From Telmatocola sphagniphila (GTDB taxonomy: Bacteria; Planctomycetota; Planctomycetia; Gemmatales; Gemmataceae), in NCBI RefSeq assembly GCF_018398935.1, contig NZ_CP074694.1:1200001-1232000 (forward strand): a stretch of DNA of 32,000 nucleotides. Reading direction: 5' to 3'. A program made the translations under genes and the position numbers. Of the stretch, positions 1 through 8,602 are shown one piece after another. Position 1 is the stretch's first letter, and each line of letters begins with the position of its first letter. The notes below the pieces were generated by a model. That model made no database searches and was not told where the DNA came from. It saw only the letters and a program-made list of their open reading frames with translations.

Positions 1-3000
1 AGAACCGCGTTTCACTCGCGTTGCCGGTGATTCCGGCACTGGTGCAAAACGAGGGTATCACCGTCAAAAAGATGTCGCCCAATACCCTCATGATCGTAAA
101 TCTGGTGTCCCCCAATGGGCGGTACGACGATTTGTTTTTAAGTAACTATGCCACCATTGATGTACGCGACGAATTGGGCCGACTGCCCGGCGTGGCCGGC
201 GTCGCATACCTGGGCCAGCGGGACTACAGTCTCCGAGCATGGCTCGATCCCGACAAAATGGCGGCACTGAATATGAGTGCCATGGATGTGGTGACTGCCA
301 TCGCCCAGCAAAATATGCAGGTGGCCGCCGGACAGATTGGTCAGCGTCCCGCTCCGATTGGCCAACAATTTCAACTCACGGTCAATACTCAAGGACGCTT
401 GGTCGAACCCGAGCAATTTGCGAACATTATTCTCAAAGGCAGTCAGGATACCACGGGAAGCGGTACAGGAAGTGGCACCGGCGGTAATACGACAACGACA
501 ACGGATGATACGCCGCAATCCACTAGCATCGTACGCTTGCGCGATGTGGCGCGGGTGGAACGTGGGGCCCAACAGTACGATCAGTCCTGCACTTTGGACG
601 GGAAACCCTCGGTGGCGCTGTCGATCTATCAACTGCCAGGTTCGAATGCCCTCGAGACCGCGCGAGGCGTTTACGCCAAAATGAGAGAATTGAAAAACCG
701 ATTCCCCGACGGCCTGGACTACAAAATTGTTTACGATACCACGCCTTTCATCCAGGAATCGGTCGACGAGGTTTTCTCGACTCTGCGGGATGCAGTGATT
801 CTGGTGGCCATTGTCGTGCTGTTATTTTTGCAGGATTGGCGGGCGATGATTCTGCCCATGATCGACGTTCCTGTCTCGCTGATCGGAACTTTTGCCATTA
901 TGTCTTTGATGAGTTTCACGCTGAATAATCTTACACTCTTTGGCTTGGTTCTGGCGATCGGGATTGTCGTCGATGACGCGATTGTGGTGCTTGAAAACAT
1001 CGAACGTCAGATGGCGACCGGACTGGACGCTCGGACGGCGACAATCAAAGCCATGGAAGAAATCACCGGGCCGGTGCTCGCGATCACTTTGGTACTCAGT
1101 TCGGTATTTATTCCCTGTTGTTTCCTCGGGGGTATCACCGGTCAATTTTTCCGCCAGTTCGCCGTGACGATTGCCGTTTCCACCATCATCTCCGCGATTA
1201 ATGCTCTGACCATGACTCCCTCCCGAGCGGTCTTAATTTTTAAATCGGACGAGACAAAAGGGGGCCATTATCATCATCGCAGAGAAGCGTTGCCCTGGTG
1301 GATCTTTGCCGTTGTTTTCGGCATTGTGACATTCCACTATGCTCCGGAATTTCTAGCAGGAAAGTATGGCTTCCCCCCATTACCCGCTCAAACGGCTGAG
1401 AAGGAGATTCAAACGCAGGATTGGATGAGCTGGTCGAAAGATTTTCTTCGTTATGGAATGCCCGGTGTGCTGTTAGGCATCGTATTTGGGTGGTTTCTTA
1501 TAAAACCGATCAATTTCACACTCGGATGGTTTTTCCGCAAATTTAATATCGTCTTCGATTGGGTCACGCGCGTTTACGGAAGCATCGTAGGATTCACCTT
1601 GAAACTGAGCGTGATCGTACTGCTGGCCTATTCCGGGCTGTTGTTTATGACGTATATCGAATTCGTTCGTACTCCGACGGGGTTCATCCCCGATCAGGAT
1701 AAGGGCTACCTAATCCTTAATGTGCAGTTGCCCGATTCCGCCTCCGTTGAACGCACCGAAGAGGTCATGCGTCAAATCGAAGAGACTGCACGTCAGATGC
1801 CGGGTGTGAAACATACTGTCGGTATTTCCGGTCAGTCATTTATCCTGAATGCGAATGCTCCCAATTTGGGATCCATGTACGTGATGCTGCAGGCTTTTGA
1901 GAAGCGTCGTACGCCCGAACTATCTGCCGAAGGCATCGCCAAAGCCATTCAGGAAAAATGTCGCGAAGTGACGGGCGAGGCCATCGTGACAGTTTTTGGC
2001 GCCCCCCCGGTCGATGGTCTGGGCACAACTGGCGGTTTCAATCTGGTCCTCGAGACTCGTGGTTCCGTCGGCCTCGAACAGTTGGAACAAGTTTGTGACA
2101 GAATTGTTGCGAGAGGTAATGCCACACCCGAATTGCGTGGGCTATTCAGTAGTTCCGGGATCAATACGCCCTGGCTCTACCTCGATATCGACCGCGACAA
2201 ATGTCGAGTTCTCGGCGTTCAGGTGAGCGATATTTTCAATACGCTCCAAGTCTATCTGGGTTCTTATTACGTTAACAATTTCAACGAGTTCGGTCGAACC
2301 TGGCAAGTCAATGTGCAGGCCGATCCGCGATACCGATCCCGCGTGACCGACATCATGCAATTGCAGGTCCGTAACATGCAGGGTCAAATGGTTCGCATGG
2401 GCACGGTGATGCAGGCTCGCGATACCAGCGGGCCGGTTATGGTGATGCGATATAACTTGTACTCCGCCGCCTCGGTCACCGGAAAGGCGGCTCCTGGTGT
2501 CGGTTCGGCCCAGGCGATTGAGCTGATGCAACGGATTGCCAAAGAAGAGATGACTCAGTCGATGACCATGGAATGGACCGAACTCGCCTATCTGCAAAAT
2601 CAGGCAGGCAATTCAGCCATGTACTTCTTCGTGCTGGCGGTGGTGTTTGTCTTTCTGGTCTTAGCGGCGCAGTACGAAAGCTGGAAACTTCCATTAGCCG
2701 TGATCATGGTTGTACCCATGTGCCTGCTCTGTTCCATCGTGGGCGTTCAACTGGGTGGCATTGAAGTGAGCATCTTCACACAGATCGGCTTCGTCGTCTT
2801 GGTAGGGCTGGCCTGTAAAAACGCAATTTTGATTGTGGAATTCGCGAAACAGCAGCAGGAAGCTGGAGCAGATCGGCGAACGGCGACGCTCGAAGCTTCC
2901 CGCCTGCGACTCCGACCCATCGTAATGACCTCCTTTGCATTTATCTTTGGAGTAGTGCCGCTGGTCTTTGCTCATGGAGCGGGTGCGGAGATGCGTCACT

Positions 3001-3188
3001 CCCTTGGCTTGGCGGTTTTCAGTGGCATGCTAGGAGTCACTTGCTTCGGAATTTTCTTGACTCCTGTTTTCTACTACGTCATCCAATGGTTCGGTCAAGA
3101 ACACAGTAAGCCGACATCACTGGAGTATCCTGCGGCAAGCCCCAAGCCCTCTAACGGTTCTGAACCGAACGATCCGACGACACATTAA
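1..3188 (+). CDS. RND (AcrB/CzcA-type, HAE1-like) efflux permease, 5'-truncated by the window edge
   Basis: The frame is open from nt 3 (no stop before the ORF-track start at 21), so the N-terminus lies upstream. The first visible residues read like AcrB from about residue 130. It has the conserved TM4 motif GIVVDDAIVVLENIERQM and the second-half motif ACKNAILIVEFAKQQ, plus two large porter regions and multiple TM blocks. Confidence 0.92.
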   Translation, partial: NRVSLALPVIPALVQNEGITVKKMSPNTLMIVNLVSPNGRYDDLFLSNYATIDVRDELGRLPGVAGVAYLGQRDYSLRAWLDPDKMAALNMSAMDVVTAIAQQNMQVAAGQIGQRPAPIGQQFQLTVNTQGRLVEPEQFANIILKGSQDTTGSGTGSGTGGNTTTTTDDTPQSTSIVRLRDVARVERGAQQYDQSCTLDGKPSVALSIYQLPGSNALETARGVYAKMRELKNRFPDGLDYKIVYDTTPFIQESVDEVFSTLRDAVILVAIVVLLFLQDWRAMILPMIDVPVSLIGTFAIMSLMSFTLNNLTLFGLVLAIGIVVDDAIVVLENIERQMATGLDARTATIKAMEEITGPVLAITLVLSSVFIPCCFLGGITGQFFRQFAVTIAVSTIISAINALTMTPSRAVLIFKSDETKGGHYHHRREALPWWIFAVVFGIVTFHYAPEFLAGKYGFPPLPAQTAEKEIQTQDWMSWSKDFLRYGMPGVLLGIVFGWFLIKPINFTLGWFFRKFNIVFDWVTRVYGSIVGFTLKLSVIVLLAYSGLLFMTYIEFVRTPTGFIPDQDKGYLILNVQLPDSASVERTEEVMRQIEETARQMPGVKHTVGISGQSFILNANAPNLGSMYVMLQAFEKRRTPELSAEGIAKAIQEKCREVTGEAIVTVFGAPPVDGLGTTGGFNLVLETRGSVGLEQLEQVCDRIVARGNATPELRGLFSSSGINTPWLYLDIDRDKCRVLGVQVSDIFNTLQVYLGSYYVNNFNEFGRTWQVNVQADPRYRSRVTDIMQLQVRNMQGQMVRMGTVMQARDTSGPVMVMRYNLYSAASVTGKAAPGVGSAQAIELMQRIAKEEMTQSMTMEWTELAYLQNQAGNSAMYFFVLAVVFVFLVLAAQYESWKLPLAVIMVVPMCLLCSIVGVQLGGIEVSIFTQIGFVVLVGLACKNAILIVEFAKQQQEAGADRRTATLEASRLRLRPIVMTSFAFIFGVVPLVFAHGAGAEMRHSLGLAVFSGMLGVTCFGIFLTPVFYYVIQWFGQEHSKPTSLEYPAASPKPSNGSEPNDPTTH

Positions 3189-3212
3189 GCCTCGCATTAA
3201 GGAGACGGGGAG

Positions 3213-4727
3213 GTGGCATTCAAGCATCAGATGATCCTGAAAGTAACGATGCCATCGATTCTGATCGCGATGACTTTGCTCGCCACGAGTTTCATCGGCA
3301 TTCGTTCGATGAATCGTTTGCAGGAGCGCCGGGATTCGATCATTTCTGAACATGTGGCCCGACTGCAGTTGGCCCAGGATCTCGAGACGCACATGCGTCG
3401 CATCCGACTGCACAGTCTCCTATATATCATGGAGCCGATTCCCGAACGTCGGGATAAGCTCATGAACGATCAGGCCGCTTTCGAAAAAGCACTTTCAGCC
3501 TTGCGGGAGACGGTTGTCTCTCCCACGGAACAGGATCTGATTGCGGGAATCGATAAAGGATATCAGGAATATCTCGTCGACCTGAAGCAATCGGTTTCGT
3601 CACCTCCAACATTCGCCATTTCCGAATTTATGAAATGGGCGGATAGCCATCCCATCAAGCATATCGTGAATCTGTGCGAAGAGGTTTTGAACGAAAACCG
3701 CGCATCCATGAAACAGACGACGGAGGAGACTCGGGAAAAAACGACCCGCACTCGTTCCTGGATGGTTGTACTTGGTGTCGTCGGGGCTTGCGGCGGCTTG
3801 ATCGGCGGATTTGGAGTGGCCTGGGGACTGAGCCGGGTGATTACTCGACTCAAGGTACGATTGCAGGATGTTCATGCGCACCTGGATCAGGAAGTGGCTT
3901 CGCTTCGCTTTACCGCGGAAAGCGGCGATCTCAAGAATATGGAATTGCAGGTCGGCAAAATTTACGACCGAGTTCGAATCATCGTGGATCAACTCCAGCG
4001 GCAGGAGCGAGACAGCATCCGGGCCGAGCAATTGGCTGCCGTAGGACAATTGGCTGCGGGAATTGCACATGAAGTCCGAAACCCATTAACGAGCATTAAG
4101 TTGCTGGTGGGAGCCGCTCTTTCACAGAAAAATTCCGGGGGATTATCGGAGACCGATTTGAAGGTGATCCATGAGGAAGTTGTGCGAGTGGAGAAGAAGG
4201 TTCAAGCCCTTCTCGATTTCGCCCGGCCGCAGAATATGGACGTGCGTCCAACGGATCTGGTAGAATTAATTTATCAATTCACGGGATTAATTAAGTCCCG
4301 ACTGCAGCAACAAAAAGTGGATTTGGAACTCGATCTGCCCGATTCGCCAGTGATGTGCAAAATTGATTCCGATCAGTTTAAAGGCTTGCTGGTCAATCTC
4401 AGTTTGAATGCACTGGATGTCATGCCGAGCGGCGGAGAGATAAAAATCCAGCTTCGGACCGAAGCGGACGGAAGTCTAGAATTGGACATGTGCGATACCG
4501 GTCCCGGAATCGATCCGCTGGTTATTGATCGCCTCTTCACTCCCTTCGTCAGCAACAAGCCGACGGGAACGGGTTTAGGCTTGAGCATCTCCCGCCAAAT
4601 CGTTCAGAATCATGGAGGAACCCTTACAGCTTTCAACCAGCCGGAGGGGGGAGCCTGTTTCCGAATTCATCTGCCCAAAGCCTTTGCCGGAGCATTAAAA
4701 CATGCCGACACTTCTAGTCGTCGATGA
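3213..4727 (+). CDS. Membrane sensor histidine kinase (NtrB/AtoS-like; periplasmic helical sensor, HisKA + HATPase_c)
   Basis: GTG start at 3213 lies 9 nt after AAGGAG (3199-3204). Two TM segments (MPSILIAMTLLATSFIG; WMVVLGVVGACGGLIGGFGVAWGL) flank a helical region of about 160 aa. H-box AAGIAHEVRNPLTSI, N-box LVNLSLNALDVM, G1 DTGPGI, G2 GTGLGLSISRQIV. Confidence 0.92.
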   Translation: MAFKHQMILKVTMPSILIAMTLLATSFIGIRSMNRLQERRDSIISEHVARLQLAQDLETHMRRIRLHSLLYIMEPIPERRDKLMNDQAAFEKALSALRETVVSPTEQDLIAGIDKGYQEYLVDLKQSVSSPPTFAISEFMKWADSHPIKHIVNLCEEVLNENRASMKQTTEETREKTTRTRSWMVVLGVVGACGGLIGGFGVAWGLSRVITRLKVRLQDVHAHLDQEVASLRFTAESGDLKNMELQVGKIYDRVRIIVDQLQRQERDSIRAEQLAAVGQLAAGIAHEVRNPLTSIKLLVGAALSQKNSGGLSETDLKVIHEEVVRVEKKVQALLDFARPQNMDVRPTDLVELIYQFTGLIKSRLQQQKVDLELDLPDSPVMCKIDSDQFKGLLVNLSLNALDVMPSGGEIKIQLRTEADGSLELDMCDTGPGIDPLVIDRLFTPFVSNKPTGTGLGLSISRQIVQNHGGTLTAFNQPEGGACFRIHLPKAFAGALKHADTSSRR

Positions 4728-6141
4728 TGAGCCGAGTGTTTGCTATTCCTTCAGCCGTGTATTCAGCGACGCCAACACTCGAATCATCACCGCAGGAACG
4801 ATAGCCGAAGGATTGAAACTGCATCAGGCCGAGCAACCGGAGGTGGTTGTTCTGGATCTTCAACTTCCGGATGGCTCGGGTTTGAAAGCCTTTGAAGCGA
4901 TCCGGGCGCTGACTCCCAAGCAACCGGTCATCTTCATCACGGCTCACGGTACGACGTCCACCGCCATTGAAGCCATGAAGGAAGGGGCTTTCGACTATCT
5001 CATCAAACCGCTCGATTTCGATCGCGTGAAAGAAATTCTTCGCCGGGCTTTCGAAGCGGCCTACCTGATGCGGGTCCCAGCAGTTCTTCCCAGTCTCGAA
5101 CCTAGCGAGCAAATCGTAGGACGTACGCCGGCCATCCAGGATATGTGCAAAATCATAGGTCGAGTCGCCTCACAGGATGTGAATGTACTCATCCTCGGGG
5201 AGAGCGGGGTTGGTAAGGAACTGGTCGCGCGCGCCATTTACCATCACAGTCGAAGAGCCGGGAAGCCATTTCTCGCCATTAATTGTGCAGCACTTCCAGA
5301 ATCGTTGATCGAAAGCGAACTTTTCGGACACGAGCGAGGGGCTTTCACCGGGGCGGATCGGCAACGTGTCGGCAAGTTCGAGCAATGCCATGATGGGACG
5401 ATCTTTCTGGATGAAATCGGCGACATGCCACTAGCGGCCCAGGCGAAGGTCCTGCGATTATTGCAAGAGCAAGCTTTCGAGCGACTGGGCGGTCGAGAAA
5501 CAATTCGCACTAACGTGCGATTGATCGCCGCCACGAATCAAGATTTGGAGAAGCGAATTGCGGAGGGGCTATTTCGAGCGGATTTGTACTATCGATTGCG
5601 AGGAGTAACCATCCCGGTCCCTGCGTTGCGAGAGCGTCCCGACGATATACCGGAGTTGGCAAATCACTTTCTATTCCAGTTCAATCGGGAACTCGAGCTG
5701 AATATTCAGGGGTTCGATCCGGAGGTGCTGGCGTATTTCCGGCAGTATCGCTGGCCGGGAAACATCCGGGAGATGCAAGGAGTCCTCCGCGAAGTGATGC
5801 TGAGAACGACTGGACCGCTCGTATTGATGGAACATTTACCAGCGTCCATTCGCTCCTCGAACCAATCGGCCGATCAATCCTCTGCGCTTTCCGAGGGAGG
5901 CAATCTCAATGAGATGATCGATCGATTGATCCAATCCCCGGCCAATAAAATCCATTCCCAGCTCATAGCGAACGTAGAAAGAATCCTCTTCAAAAAAGTT
6001 TTGCAGCAAACCGACGGGCATATCGGTCAAGCCAGTGAAAAACTCGGTCTGAACCGTTCCACTTTGAGGTATAAGTTGCGAGATCTGGGTTTGAGTATTG
6101 AAAAAGTGATTGGAGAAGAGGTGGATTCGAACATCATTTAG
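4702..6141 (+). CDS. Sigma-54-dependent response regulator (NtrC family: REC + AAA+ sigma-54 activator + Fis-type HTH)
   Basis: REC motifs VVDDEP, LDLQLPDGSG, ITAHG, LIKP. AAA+ Walker A GESGVGKE, sigma-54 contact loop GAFTGA, Walker B FLDEIGD. C-terminal HTH LGLNRSTLRYKLRDLGL. The ATG overlaps the kinase gene's 3' end by 26 nt. Confidence 0.95.
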   Translation: MPTLLVVDDEPSVCYSFSRVFSDANTRIITAGTIAEGLKLHQAEQPEVVVLDLQLPDGSGLKAFEAIRALTPKQPVIFITAHGTTSTAIEAMKEGAFDYLIKPLDFDRVKEILRRAFEAAYLMRVPAVLPSLEPSEQIVGRTPAIQDMCKIIGRVASQDVNVLILGESGVGKELVARAIYHHSRRAGKPFLAINCAALPESLIESELFGHERGAFTGADRQRVGKFEQCHDGTIFLDEIGDMPLAAQAKVLRLLQEQAFERLGGRETIRTNVRLIAATNQDLEKRIAEGLFRADLYYRLRGVTIPVPALRERPDDIPELANHFLFQFNRELELNIQGFDPEVLAYFRQYRWPGNIREMQGVLREVMLRTTGPLVLMEHLPASIRSSNQSADQSSALSEGGNLNEMIDRLIQSPANKIHSQLIANVERILFKKVLQQTDGHIGQASEKLGLNRSTLRYKLRDLGLSIEKVIGEEVDSNII

Positions 6142-6161
6142 AACTATCGTTTGGCGTTTTT

Positions 6162-6176
6162 TGCACCACTGGTGTT
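6162..6176. promoter_or_regulatory. Inverted repeat TGCACCA-C-TGGTG(TT), candidate enhancer (UAS) site for the adjacent NtrC-type activator
   Basis: CACCA/TGGTG is a perfect 5-bp inverted repeat about 85 bp upstream of the sigma-54 promoter. The half-sites resemble the enterobacterial NtrC site TGCACCA-N3-TGGTGCA, but the spacer here is 1 nt. Confidence 0.3.
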
Positions 6177-6249
6177 CTTTTCATTCCTAGACTCGAGATG
6201 CGATTGCAGAAATTGCTGAGCTTTGGGGAGGCAAGTCATTTCGTTAGCA

Positions 6250-6265
6250 GGGCACAGCAATTGCT
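6250..6265 (+). promoter_or_regulatory. Sigma-54 (-24/-12) promoter
   Basis: gGGCAC-agcaa-TTGCt matches TGGCAC-N5-TTGCW with the correct 10-nt gap between the GG (6251-6252) and GC (6263-6264) dinucleotides. It lies 43 nt upstream of the ATG at 6308 and directly downstream of a sigma-54 activator gene. Confidence 0.6.
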
Positions 6266-6307
6266 AGCTCCATTTAGACTCGAAGTTTTTTAATAATAGG
6301 AGCCGTT

Positions 6308-6703
6308 ATGCGATCTCGCATCCTCCTTGCTCTGGCAGACCCTTTTCTGACAGCGGGTTACAAAGCGTTCCTGCTGGCGGAGCGTCACGAAGTCCTAATT
6401 GCTGGAAATGCCTTGGATTGTCTCGATGCGCTGCGTGATCGCAGTCCGTTGGTGTTGGTACTCGATCACGACTTGCTGTGGGGATCCGGGGAAGGAATTC
6501 TGTCCCTCATGAAAGAAGAGAATGAAATTCCTTCAATCCCCGTTCTCATTCTTACATCGCATCCTTCCGAGTTGACCGAGGAACTTCTGCCGTTTAGCGA
6601 TTATGCGATTATGATCAAACCACTGGCTCCGGGTGTACTGGTCGATGTGGTGAGAAATCTGGTTGATCATGCTCGATACGAAATGGGTGTATCGATCCGT
6701 TGA
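6308..6703 (+). CDS. Single-domain response-regulator receiver (CheY-like), partly atypical acidic pocket
   Basis: AGGAG RBS at 6298-6302. REC pattern: LVLDHDLLWGSG (phospho-acceptor Asp position), LILTSH (Thr/Ser), MIKPL (Lys-Pro). The N-terminal acidic pair reads AD instead of DD. No output domain. Confidence 0.8.
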   Translation: MRSRILLALADPFLTAGYKAFLLAERHEVLIAGNALDCLDALRDRSPLVLVLDHDLLWGSGEGILSLMKEENEIPSIPVLILTSHPSELTEELLPFSDYAIMIKPLAPGVLVDVVRNLVDHARYEMGVSIR

Positions 6704-6804
6704 GGGAGTTTTCCAAATCAATTGTTTTGAGCTTACGGACTCGTTTGAAGCCTTCAGGAGGTTTCTCCCTGAGAATCCTCCCAGAATGCTGTGAAAATGT
6801 ACGC

Positions 6805-7332
6805 TTATTTTTTACTGCCCGATTCCACTAGAATCAGAGTCGAGGTCTGGCCGAAGACTTTGGTCTCGGTTTTAACCAATCCAAAAACTGGTGCGTCTTT
6901 CGATATCCAAACTTTGGATTCCGAGACGATTTCCATGTCGCCGTTCTTTACAGTGACCTTGTTTCCCTGCCAGCTGCACTTGTAACTTTTTCCATCGATC
7001 TTGAGTGTTTCTTCGCCTTTCCCGGTAGCTTCGATTTTGGCGTCTTTCTGATTTTTCGCCATTGCACTTGGGTCATACTTTTCGTTCAACTTGAATTTCT
7101 GTTCGAGGTCTTTTTGCTGCATTCCATTGATTGTCGTAGTGGTGGTCACGGTCACTTCCTGATCGGTAACCGCCGTGACTTCCTGTCGCATGGACATTTT
7201 TGCTCCGGCACTGTCCATTTTGAAGATCACATAGTCTCCGATCTTGGCTTTTTTCAGCGGCGGAACCACTTCTTGAGCGAGTGCGGGGCCTGCGATAGTG
7301 ATAAACAGGATCGAGAGCAGGATTTTTAACAT
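6805..7332 (-). CDS. Secreted beta-rich protein of unknown function (signal peptide)
   Basis: AAGGAG RBS before the ATG. Signal peptide MLKILLSILFITIAGPALA|QE. K/T/V-rich alternating composition typical of beta strands. Shares co-linear motifs with the ORFs at 24348 and 15769 (see findings). Confidence 0.75.
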   Translation of the reverse strand: MLKILLSILFITIAGPALAQEVVPPLKKAKIGDYVIFKMDSAGAKMSMRQEVTAVTDQEVTVTTTTTINGMQQKDLEQKFKLNEKYDPSAMAKNQKDAKIEATGKGEETLKIDGKSYKCSWQGNKVTVKNGDMEIVSESKVWISKDAPVFGLVKTETKVFGQTSTLILVESGSKK

Positions 7333-7452
7333 TCAAAACTCCTTTTGAAGAGGGAAAAGGTCTGCGCAGATCTTATTCAAACGAACTTTGAATTGGAGAG
7401 GGAGGCTTTTTGAAAGAATTGCAATTTTGACGTAAGTGCTTTGCTAACATGA

Positions 7453-7526
<74 letters not shown>

Positions 7527-7753
7527 GAGACGAATAATCTAGGTTTTGGGACGGGCATCGTCAACCGGATGCCCTCAAGATTCGAATAGTCCGGTTGGGA
7601 TGGTTGTAGCAGATGCACCAATAACACCGTTTCCAAGATTTATTATCCTCTATGACTGGCGGAGTCGGACTTCGGAACTTTGGCCTGGTAGACGAAAAGA
7701 TTACTGTTGCATCGATTGATTCGAACGAAACACGTTTACAAGGAGGGATAATC

Positions 7754-8518
7754 GTGAGGGGACGAATCATCCTAACATTGGCTGCCGGCACAGGATTGTG
7801 GCTCGGCGGCTCCGTCCACGCTTCCGAACCTATCAAAAGTTTGTTCGGTGCTAAAACAGAAAAAACGACTTCGGCTCCAGACAGCCAAGTCGTAGCCGAT
7901 GAAATCGCTCGCCGTATCAAGGCTAGCGGCACGGCGGAAGGCGCGACGGTCAATATTCGCGTCGAAAAAGGCCGGGTCGAACTGACCGGCTCGGCTCTGA
8001 GCATGGATCAGCAGCAAGCGATCGCCAAAAACGCCATGGGCGTCGACGGCGTCAGCGAAGTCGTGCTGAACATGAAAGTGATCACCAAGCTGGAAACCAG
8101 CGCTCCGCCGATGAACCTGCAACTGGCCCGCATGCAGACGCAGGAACCTGGCCAGATCGCTCTGCAGCCCCCGGCGACGCCCGCTCCGATGCCCATGGCA
8201 ACGGTTGGTGTCCCTGCTGGTGCTCCTTACGGCAACGATCCCGTGCCTTTGGTGGGCCCCGGTGCCGGCGGCTACGATCCTTACGGACCGAAAATGCCGG
8301 GTTATTCGTGGCCGACCTACGCTCCTTACAACAACGTAAGCCGCGTGGCCTATCCTCAGGCGTATCCTTATAACGCCTTCCCGTTCATCGGGCCGTACTA
8401 TCCCTTCCCGAAGGTTCCTCCGGGATGGCGAACGGTCCAGCTCAGCTGGGATGACGGGCACTGGTACATGGGTCGGGTTTCGACTCCCCACGATTATTGG
8501 CGAGTTCGATTCTGGTGA
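7754..8518 (+). CDS. Secreted BON-domain protein with aromatic/proline-rich C-terminal region
   Basis: The preferred start is GTG 7754, preceded by AAGGAGGG (7739-7746). It gives the signal peptide RGRIILTLAAGTGLWLGGSVHA|SE. The ORF track extends to 7652. BON-like segment VVADEIARRIKASG...VNIRVEKGRVELTGSALSMDQQQAIAKNAMGVDGVSEVVLNMKV. Confidence 0.8.
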   Translation: MRGRIILTLAAGTGLWLGGSVHASEPIKSLFGAKTEKTTSAPDSQVVADEIARRIKASGTAEGATVNIRVEKGRVELTGSALSMDQQQAIAKNAMGVDGVSEVVLNMKVITKLETSAPPMNLQLARMQTQEPGQIALQPPATPAPMPMATVGVPAGAPYGNDPVPLVGPGAGGYDPYGPKMPGYSWPTYAPYNNVSRVAYPQAYPYNAFPFIGPYYPFPKVPPGWRTVQLSWDDGHWYMGRVSTPHDYWRVRFW

Positions 8519-8558
8519 GATTGAACCCGTGTTGAGAAGGTTTGAATTTTAAAAATGG

Positions 8559-8588
8559 GTTCCCAGGAAATCGCAATTTTCTGGGAAC
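8559..8588. terminator. Hairpin between convergent genes (probable bidirectional terminator)
   Basis: GTTCCCAGGAAA-tcgcaa-TTTTCTGGGAAC forms a 12-bp stem with one G.U on the + strand. On the - strand it is followed by CCATTTTTAAAA, and on the + strand by TGTTCGTTG. It sits between the stop at 8518 (+) and the stop at 8603 (-). Confidence 0.5.
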
Positions 8589-8602
8589 TGTTCGTTGAAT
8601 GC

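Noticed and set aside
6151-6165. Second sigma-54-like element TTGGCGTTTTTTGCA
   Set aside because: The GG and GC dinucleotides are separated by 8 nt rather than the required 10, so it does not fit the -24/-12 geometry. The element at 6250-6265 does.
7553-7574. Hairpin GGGCATC-gtcaaccg-GATGCCC just upstream of the tRNA
   Set aside because: It is a 7-bp stem with no U-tract on either strand and no obvious partner element. That is too little to call a terminator or regulatory site.
7772-8491. 239-aa minus-strand ORF fully antisense to the BON-protein gene
   Set aside because: It is Arg/His-rich with a low-complexity composition typical of a shadow frame opposite a GC-rich gene. It has no RBS, signal or motif. 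The plus-strand product has an RBS, a signal peptide and a recognisable BON domain.
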